In this document: piece after piece, positions 34,671-40,302 of the stretch
Numbering within the stretch: position 1 is the stretch's first letter
How the letters are laid out: the number at the start of each line of letters is the position of its first letter
Source: a virus
Strand: one strand, 5' to 3'
Length of the DNA: 40,302 nucleotides
UHGV virus genome: UHGV-1363354
Translations under genes and position numbers: made by a program
Notes under the pieces: model-generated
Seen by the model: the letters and a program-made list of their open reading frames with translations, nothing else
The model's database searches: none
Told to the model about the DNA's origin: nothing

Positions 34671-35366
34671 TTAACCCTTATTTTCTGCGTCGAGACGCTT
34701 ACGGAGATCGGCACGAGTTTTTTCGATGCCTGTCAGTTGCTCGCCACCGGCCCCGCCAGTAGGATTTTTGTTCCCGGCGGCCCCGCCACCGTTCGCTGTG
34801 TCTGCCTGCATGAGATGAGAGATCACCTTATGCTTTTTACAGAAGTTGATGAATTTATCGACGTCCGTCGTAATAACTGCGCCGTCCGGGCCGACAAACT
34901 TAGTCACCAGATCATCGCCGTCGAACTCGACTTTGATAAATGGCGCGATAAGGTCGGCGGCTTCGGCGTCAATGAATTTGCCTTTAGCAATCACGGCACC
35001 CATAACGGCTTTGCGCTCGCTGCCGAGGATGCGCTCGGCCAGCTTGGTGATCTTACCGTCTTTCTCGGCGATCACCGGGTCATACTGACCACGAATCGAT
35101 TTTTCGAACTCTTCCATTTGCCCGGACTGCTTCGCCGCTTCCTGCTGCGCGCGAACACGTTCGGCTTCGGCTTCCTTCGCACGTTGTGCGGCTTTCTTCT
35201 TCTCGTCAAGAAGTGCTGTATTCTGGTTTTTCAGGCCATTAACCAGCTCGTCGACTTCTGCCTGGGTGTAGGTCTTTGGTGGTTCCGCACCGCCACCCCC
35301 GCCCTGGGTTCCGTCGTCATGTTCTTCTTGGTACGCGAAAAGGAAAGACTGTAAAAAACGATTCAT
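34671..35366 (-). CDS. Scaffolding protein
   Basis: Acidic, coiled-coil-rich (KAAQRAKEAEAERVRAQQEAAKQSGQMEEFEKSIRG). The track ORF extends to 35489. The upstream part overlaps promoter (d), so the MNRF start near 35366 is more plausible, though no clear Shine-Dalgarno is present. Confidence 0.5.
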   Translation of the reverse strand: MNRFLQSFLFAYQEEHDDGTQGGGGGAEPPKTYTQAEVDELVNGLKNQNTALLDEKKKAAQRAKEAEAERVRAQQEAAKQSGQMEEFEKSIRGQYDPVIAEKDGKITKLAERILGSERKAVMGAVIAKGKFIDAEAADLIAPFIKVEFDGDDLVTKFVGPDGAVITTDVDKFINFCKKHKVISHLMQADTANGGGAAGNKNPTGGAGGEQLTGIEKTRADLRKRLDAENKG

Positions 35367-35461
35367 AGTACGTAGACCCCTGGTCTTTATGAATCCGGGC
35401 CACCCGGATTTACATACGCTAAATATACAGGGCAGCGCAAGTATTAACAATATATCTGTAA

Positions 35462-35497
35462 ATGTTGGTTGCAATATGAGTGGAGACATATTACAGT
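35462..35497 (+). promoter_or_regulatory. Promoter (d): ATGTTGGTTGCAAT - 17 - TACAGT, a near-duplicate of promoter (c)
   Basis: -35 TTGCAA at 35469-35474 and -10 at 35492-35497, followed by the conserved TTAGTTCAT. Confidence 0.5.
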
Positions 35498-35529
35498 TAG
35501 TTCATCGAGCCGAAACCGAGGAAACCAAC

Positions 35530-35754
35530 ATGAAAATCGAAATCAGCAACATCAACGTGAACAATGACTATCTTGTTAAAAATATCGCCGGTAATGCAGG
35601 TTATGCCGCGAGTATAGAAACCGTCAACGAAACGACGATCGCTATTGACTTAGGCGACGAGGCGCATCGTGAGAAGGCTGGCATCCGTGTTATAGATGTC
35701 GAAAGAATGTTCTCGCTGTTCATCATGGCGGGCTTCACCATCCGCAAAATCTAA
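35530..35754 (+). CDS. Hypothetical protein (74 aa), first gene of the promoter-(d) cassette
   Basis: Strong RBS GAGGAAACC upstream of ATG 35530. Confidence 0.45.
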   Translation: MKIEISNINVNNDYLVKNIAGNAGYAASIETVNETTIAIDLGDEAHREKAGIRVIDVERMFSLFIMAGFTIRKI

Positions 35755-35776
35755 CCAACATAGAAGGACACGTAAA

Positions 35777-35947
35777 TGTACATAGCGACTAAATACCGTA
35801 ATTCCGGAAAGGTTGATCTGCGCCGCCTCCGCCGTTGCGCACGTCGCCTCTCCATCGTATATCGCGTTTTGGGTCTTGGCAAAACAGAAAAGTGGATTAA
35901 TAAAGCCGCAAGGAGATTCGACCGATGAAACCAATGGCGAAGCGTAA
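35777..35947 (+). CDS. Small basic hypothetical protein (about 56 aa)
   Basis: RBS AGAAGGA 8 nt upstream of the ATG. Coordinates are approximate. Confidence 0.3.
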
Positions 35948-36065
35948 CCCGACGAAGCACCAGCAACGGCGCCGGGTGTTTCTGGTCTACCTCCCGGCAG
36001 CGTGGCTAACAATCGCCTTCGTCTGCTGGGGCCTGGCCTGGCTGATAAAAAACGCCCCGTTATAG
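35925..36065 (+). CDS. Small single-pass membrane protein (about 46 aa)
   Basis: MKPMAKRNPTKHQQRRRVFLVYLPAAWLTIAFVCWGLAWLIKNAPL. Ends in the bidirectional terminator AACGCCCC-gttata-GGGGCGTT. Confidence 0.35.
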   Translation: MKPMAKRNPTKHQQRRRVFLVYLPAAWLTIAFVCWGLAWLIKNAPL

Positions 36066-36308
36066 GGGCGTTGTTACATTACGGATCCAGTCCTGCAGCT
36101 GGTACACCTGCCGCCTTAACTTTCTCCCGCAATCTATGTTCTGCACGTCTGCATTCAGATCTGCATCACTGTCCTTTTCCGCCGGCTGAAACTGGCACGG
36201 CTTCACCATCATAACCGGGGATGGCGTTGGCATTGTCGATAGCTCGCTGCTTGATTTGCACCCGGTCATCGTCAAAAGTACAGCGCACACGATCAGGATT
36301 TTGCACAT
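36060..36308 (-). CDS. o-spanin (Rz1-like outer-membrane lipoprotein)
   Basis: Signal peptide plus lipobox (LLTMTGC). Pro-rich mature part (PTPSPVMMVKPCQF). Begins inside the Rz reading frame and extends beyond it. Confidence 0.65.
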   Translation of the reverse strand: MCKILIVCAVLLTMTGCKSSSELSTMPTPSPVMMVKPCQFQPAEKDSDADLNADVQNIDCGRKLRRQVYQLQDWIRNVTTPL

Positions 36309-36555
36309 ATTTAACCACCTCTCGGGTTATCACTACGGTTTTCGCGGCGCCGGCCTGCTCGGCATCGGCGGCCTTCGTATCGTTCACCTGCTGCCCGGCT
36401 ACCTGCTTCGCCAGAGTCGCCCGGGCCTTCTCTTCCTGCTGGGCTACCAGCTTCGCGCGGCCGTCATTCCATCCCTGGCGATATGAAAACTCCGACGCAG
36501 CGAAGGTAATAATAACTGCAACCAAACACGTAATAATATAGGTCCTAAAACTCAT
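36166..36555 (-). CDS. i-spanin (Rz-like)
   Basis: N-terminal transmembrane helix (YIITCLVAVIITFAASEF) then an Ala/Gln/Glu-rich periplasmic coiled-coil. RBS AAGGTGG in front of the ATG near 36555 (track ORF 36166..36594). Confidence 0.65.
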   Translation of the reverse strand: MSFRTYIITCLVAVIITFAASEFSYRQGWNDGRAKLVAQQEEKARATLAKQVAGQQVNDTKAADAEQAGAAKTVVITREVVKYVQNPDRVRCTFDDDRVQIKQRAIDNANAIPGYDGEAVPVSAGGKGQ

Positions 36556-36721
36556 ATCGCCACCTTTACAATTGCTGCCGTTGATTTCTCGCAAAATAAA
36601 TGATACGATCAGCTTCGCTTTTGAGCGACGCCCCGCGAGGGCGGGCGCGCAACAAGCAATTGAAGTGATCGATTCAGCCTTCCACGTTGTAACTCCTTGA
36701 TTTTACTCACCTAATTTAGCC

Positions 36722-36838
36722 ACTCGCAAACTAAAACGGCAGCAACCAACTAAATTAACCTAAGTCCTTGATATCTATACTCGCAATTTCATTCGCAAAA
36801 TTTTGCGAGTCTTGCGAGTCGTCGCTACTCGTAATAAA
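36722..36838. repeat. Second copy of the CTCGCAA/TTGCGAG block with the TCGCAAAATTTTGCGA palindrome (36779-36821), plus GCAACCAACTAAATTAAC (36742-36759) and the CTCGTAAtttaTTACGAG dyad overlapping the upstream gene's stop
   Basis: 43-bp block with 1 mismatch to 6849-6891. Lies in the 244-bp non-coding gap between the head-morphogenesis and Rz genes. Confidence 0.55.
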
Positions 36839-37903
36839 TTACGAGTTCCCGGCCAGATATTTGGCGACCCGGGAATCTACTTCCGCCATCTCTTTCAGGG
36901 TCAGAGGACGGCCGAAACCATCAATTGACGCAGCGCGGAACTCTTCCGGGGTCATGCCGCTGTTACGTAAAATTGCCCCTCTCGTTGGCCCAATCGCCTG
37001 ATCCTGGAACCACGCCGGCTGGCTTTTAAGAAACTCATAATACGACGTGTTAGCATCGACCTGCATACCCCCATCGGCGCCACGCGCCGCACGCATCGCC
37101 CCTTCATCGAGGAAGGATAAGAAATCGTCGTCAATAACGGGGGCTGTGGTAGTTCGGCAGCGCGGGTGGAATGGCGGCAGCGGACCCTTACCTACTGGGA
37201 ACACCTGGGAGTCGAGCCCGCGACACGTTGCCGACGTTCTGCCGTCCAGCGTGGCAACTATTCGATATTTAGAAACGATATCATCGTTGGCCTTGTACAG
37301 CTCGTCGCGGGCCACATTCGAAACGTGGGCTACCCCGGTATGCGCGATAGTGAAAGCATCGCGTAGCGAAATATCCGCCAGGCCTCCCGCGCCGACAGTT
37401 TGCTGCACGATCTGCCTGGTTGTCATGCCCTGCACAAAGCCGCTCTGTACACCTCGCGCCAGGCGGTTCTTCTCTGACGTTGTCCAGCCGTCCAGCAAGT
37501 CAATCAGGCCCACAGGCTTATCGTTAAGCGACAAAGGCACGAATTTAACCGCGGACCATAACTCATCTGCGGTAGGCCCGGACACGAACGATCGTTTTTC
37601 TTCCCGCAGATTATCCGTCAGCGTATGACGAAACCACTTATTTTCATAATCGGCGATCTCTTTTAGGCTTTTCTCGATAGTAGACTTCCAGTCCCCGGTA
37701 ACATCATCGAGTACGCTCTCAAGAGAGGCGAGCATTTTATTCAACTTCTTTACCGTCCTGGCGTCGTCACCAAAGGCCTGCACAGCCTCTTTAACTTCCG
37801 CTTTCATACGGATAACGAACGGGATAGACAGGGACGCTGTCTGCGTCCCAAGTCTTTGAAGCCATATTTGATGGCTAATGATGTTTTGCTCCAGCTTACT
37901 CAT
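36839..37903 (-). CDS. Head morphogenesis protein (Mu F / SPP1 gp7 family)
   Basis: ATLDGRTSATCRGLDSQVFPVGKGPLPPFHPRCRTT motif. Immediately downstream of the portal gene. Confidence 0.75.
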   Translation of the reverse strand: MSKLEQNIISHQIWLQRLGTQTASLSIPFVIRMKAEVKEAVQAFGDDARTVKKLNKMLASLESVLDDVTGDWKSTIEKSLKEIADYENKWFRHTLTDNLREEKRSFVSGPTADELWSAVKFVPLSLNDKPVGLIDLLDGWTTSEKNRLARGVQSGFVQGMTTRQIVQQTVGAGGLADISLRDAFTIAHTGVAHVSNVARDELYKANDDIVSKYRIVATLDGRTSATCRGLDSQVFPVGKGPLPPFHPRCRTTTAPVIDDDFLSFLDEGAMRAARGADGGMQVDANTSYYEFLKSQPAWFQDQAIGPTRGAILRNSGMTPEEFRAASIDGFGRPLTLKEMAEVDSRVAKYLAGNS

Positions 37904-39387
37904 CAGGCCTCCGATTCAGGTTGTGGCTGTGTAGCCGTCGCCGGAATTTCAGCCGTTGCGGTAGCCAGCGCCTGAATTGGCTGATTAGCAATGGCGTCCT
38001 GAATCTGTTCGTTGGTCCAGTTGGTAACCCCGGCCTCGCGCAGCGCCTCATAGTACGCCGTAGCAGGAAGATAACCGGCGTTGATGTCGGAGACCCATGC
38101 AGCGCGGTCCTGCGCGGTCATCGACTTAAGGAAGAATTCCATATTCAGCTTAAATTCAATATCCGTAGCGTCGACGTTAAGCATACCGGCAACCCACTTA
38201 AGCGCGTCGGTGTATGCCTGGCTGACGTTGCGGGCGATAGTAGCCATAACCGAGGTATCCGCCCCGCGCTGGATGCGCGCCGCTTCTGCGGTGATCTGCA
38301 CTGTCGGGGTGATCAGCTGGGCGCCGATCTGCACGGCTTGTTGTTCCTTGTCCAGCATATTCTGCTTAGCGAGGTTATTTTCCGCTGCCTGGATTAAATC
38401 CGCGGTACCACCGGCGCCAATATTATGACCGGTACGCGAGCCCATCTTAACGCCGTTGGGGTTAGCCGCTTTGAAGTTCTCCAGGCTCATAGACTCGCCC
38501 GGGCTAATGAACAGGGTTGGCTGGCCGACAACAAAACTCGACTCCTCGTTATCCGCACTGTTTCGGAAGTGCCCAATGTTCAGCTCGGCGAGCGGCAGGA
38601 TCGGCGGGTCGTCCGGCGTGTGGTCGTTGTTGGATGCGCCGATGAACGTAAATGGGATGATCCCCGCCGGGACGCCGGCCAGATTTGGGAAAATCTCTCT
38701 AATGGCCCCGGCCAATGCGCCTTTAGCATCAAACTGGTAGATTCGCTGCCGATATTTTCCCTCGAAGATATCGAGGACGCGATATTGCTCGCCATAATTC
38801 GGGCTGAATTCATCGCCACCGCTGTCGTATTCATAGACTTCGCGCAGCACGATCAGCGATACACGGTTTACTGATCCTACCCGGGTCCGGCGCCAGTTAA
38901 TGATATTTTCGGCAGTATAGAAAACGATGACCGGGTTTAATAATCCCTCGTTTTGTTCCGCCATCGTCGCGGCGCCGGTTTCCGGTGCATCTACCAGCAG
39001 GCCACCGCGCCCGATGGAGTCGATCTCCATAAGGGTATCCTGCGCATGCTGCCACAGGCCAACGCCGGACCCATCGCAGTTAGTCAGCAGATATTCCAGC
39101 TGCGGCGGGATCGTCTGTTCGGGGTCTTTGCGCATAACGCTGCCGACCATCCCGGATAGCGTCCGCTTGGTGAAGTTGTAGCAGATCGCGCCATCTTCAT
39201 ACTCGCGTTGGCGCTGCTTACCGTATTCCGGGTCGCCTTCGTTTTTACCTACATTGCGCAGGTATTCCTTAAGCTCGCCGGCGATAGCGTTCCGCACCTT
39301 CTTCCACTTAGGAGCGTATTTCTCGTAATCCGGATGCAGCGTTTTTACGTTCTGCCCTGCGCCGGCGTTAATGTTTGCGTTAACCAT
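37903..39387 (-). CDS. Portal protein
   Basis: 494 aa, directly after terL and the small ORF. Acidic C-terminus. Confidence 0.75.
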   Translation of the reverse strand: MVNANINAGAGQNVKTLHPDYEKYAPKWKKVRNAIAGELKEYLRNVGKNEGDPEYGKQRQREYEDGAICYNFTKRTLSGMVGSVMRKDPEQTIPPQLEYLLTNCDGSGVGLWQHAQDTLMEIDSIGRGGLLVDAPETGAATMAEQNEGLLNPVIVFYTAENIINWRRTRVGSVNRVSLIVLREVYEYDSGGDEFSPNYGEQYRVLDIFEGKYRQRIYQFDAKGALAGAIREIFPNLAGVPAGIIPFTFIGASNNDHTPDDPPILPLAELNIGHFRNSADNEESSFVVGQPTLFISPGESMSLENFKAANPNGVKMGSRTGHNIGAGGTADLIQAAENNLAKQNMLDKEQQAVQIGAQLITPTVQITAEAARIQRGADTSVMATIARNVSQAYTDALKWVAGMLNVDATDIEFKLNMEFFLKSMTAQDRAAWVSDINAGYLPATAYYEALREAGVTNWTNEQIQDAIANQPIQALATATAEIPATATQPQPESEA

Positions 39388-39533
39388 CGTCGCGGTCCTC
39401 GCTGTCCACTAAATCTTTGACTGCGGTTTGTATTTCCGCGGGCAAATCGTCGAAGTGGGCTGCAAGCAGTTCAATAAGATTCTTGACCGGCTCCAGGTCT
39501 ACTACGCGGATGTCCATCGTTAATTTAGTCATG
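39380..39533 (-). CDS. Small hypothetical protein between terL and portal (about 50 aa)
   Basis: MTKLTMDIRVVDLEPVKNLIELLAAHFDDLPAEIQ... Overlaps the portal start. Confidence 0.35.
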
Positions 39534-39545
39534 TTAAACCTCGTC

Positions 39546-40302
39546 TTAAAGCGGGAAAGAAACCGGGATCTGTTCAGGTGCATCATAGCTGACCGGGAAC
39601 ATGTAATCGATAAAATATCCGATCGCCGTCGTAATGTGCTGGTACTGGTTCTTTTGGTCTTCCTGGAATGCCGATCCCTGCTGCAGCTGTACCGTCGCCA
39701 GGCCTTTATGGCTCCAGGGCGCCGTTTGCGGGTTAACATACAGGCTTATATGGTCATCTGCGGTGCGTATCTTGGCGCGTACCGCGTTTTGACGGTCCTT
39801 GATCGCCGGGTGCGCCGTCTTAACCCGGCGGGTGTACGTCCACCCGTTCGCCGATAGCACATCCTCGATGTCGTTATAGTCGGACTTGTGGCCGTGCTTT
39901 TCCCCCGCGCGCCCGGCGGGGTCGCCGTAAATGAAAACGTGCTTGTTCTGGTGATCTTTGAACTTCTCCACGAACTCTTTAGCCGACTGCTTCGACACCG
40001 CACTAATCAGCACTATCTCGTCGAGGATATAGACATCATCACCGCGGATAACGGCAACCGATGACGAGAGCGGCGTAAAGTTTTGGTCGTGCATCCAGTG
40101 CAATGATTCATGCGGGAAAATAGTTGCGTTCGTGTAGTTGTCCTTGGAATAGTCCTCGTAAATCTTGCCGTTCGCCGTCTCGAATGAAGCCCGAAATTCT
40201 TGGTTATATTGCTTCTTCGACATTATCTTGCGCGCTTCGGCGGCCATTTCCGGGAAAATTTCCTCGGTCATCCAGTGGAAAACCGCGTAATCCGACGAAA
40301 CG
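39546..40302 (-). CDS. terL: Terminase large subunit, C-terminal nuclease part (ORF open to the window end)
   Basis: VFIYGDPAGRAGEKHGHKSDYNDIEDVL and VYILDEIVLI are typical of the terminase nuclease/ATPase-coupling region. The reading frame is open through 40302. Confidence 0.8.
   Translation of the reverse strand, partial: VSSDYAVFHWMTEEIFPEMAAEARKIMSKKQYNQEFRASFETANGKIYEDYSKDNYTNATIFPHESLHWMHDQNFTPLSSSVAVIRGDDVYILDEIVLISAVSKQSAKEFVEKFKDHQNKHVFIYGDPAGRAGEKHGHKSDYNDIEDVLSANGWTYTRRVKTAHPAIKDRQNAVRAKIRTADDHISLYVNPQTAPWSHKGLATVQLQQGSAFQEDQKNQYQHITTAIGYFIDYMFPVSYDAPEQIPVSFPL

Noticed and set aside
1-40302. Integrated prophage with att sites, integrase, or phage-plasmid partition genes
   Set aside because: No integrase, recombinase or ParAB-like ORF, no flanking host genes and no terminal direct repeats beyond the internal motifs. 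The terL frame closing across the ends argues for a complete circular phage genome rather than an integrated element.

Overview
The whole window reads as one densely coded genome of a tailed, headful-packaging siphovirus-type phage of Enterobacteriaceae (GC-rich). No integrase, partition genes or CI-type repressor were seen, so I read it as lytic rather than as a prophage. The window appears to be the complete circular, permuted genome: a terminase large-subunit (TerL) ORF is split across the two window ends and the reading frame closes exactly across the 40302 to 1 junction.

Organisation. A divergent control region at about 9.52-9.73 kb separates two transcription blocks.
- The minus-strand (leftward) block runs from 9.5 kb down through coordinate 1, wraps to 40.3 kb and ends near 20.0 kb. 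It carries, in order: an XRE-family regulator; an AEP primase fused to a RecA-type helicase; an iteron-like repeat region; small accessory genes; two holin-like genes and a GH24 endolysin; DUF551 and small ORFs; then the late module (TerS, TerL, portal, Mu-F-type head morphogenesis protein, Rz/Rz1 spanins, scaffold, major capsid, connector/adaptor proteins, major tail protein, G/GT chaperones with a -1 frameshift, tape measure, M/L/K/J-like tip proteins, tailspike).
- The plus-strand (rightward) early/replication block runs from 9.73 to 20.0 kb and ends in a bidirectional terminator. It carries a DUF2800 PD-(D/E)XK nuclease, a DUF2815 SSB-like protein, a family A DNA polymerase, an HExxH peptidase, a VRR-NUC nuclease, an HNH-AP2 homing endonuclease, an SNF2 helicase, a TOPRIM-like protein and a Dam methyltransferase.
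- Three small plus-strand moron cassettes sit inside the late region. Each has its own related sigma70-type promoter and an intrinsic terminator. One encodes a superinfection-immunity (Imm-like) membrane protein, one a lipoprotein, and one small membrane proteins.

Most unusual observations.
- CTCGCAA/TTGCGAG heptamer clusters around a perfect 16-bp palindrome, present as a 43-bp block that is near-identical (one mismatch) at two distant loci, just downstream of the primase-helicase gene and of the head-morphogenesis gene. I read this as a candidate ori/crr-like iteron system or a shared operator.
- A family of promoter-associated GTTGGTTGC motifs, present at least nine times.
- Spanin genes separated from the holin-endolysin pair.
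- Duplicated translation-initiation cassettes. One of them gives the upstream nuclease (DUF2800) and a 62-aa protein an identical C-terminal ATDEDLE tail, immediately upstream of the membrane-protein gene and of polA respectively.

Coordinates of features not in the ORF track are approximate (about +/-3 nt).
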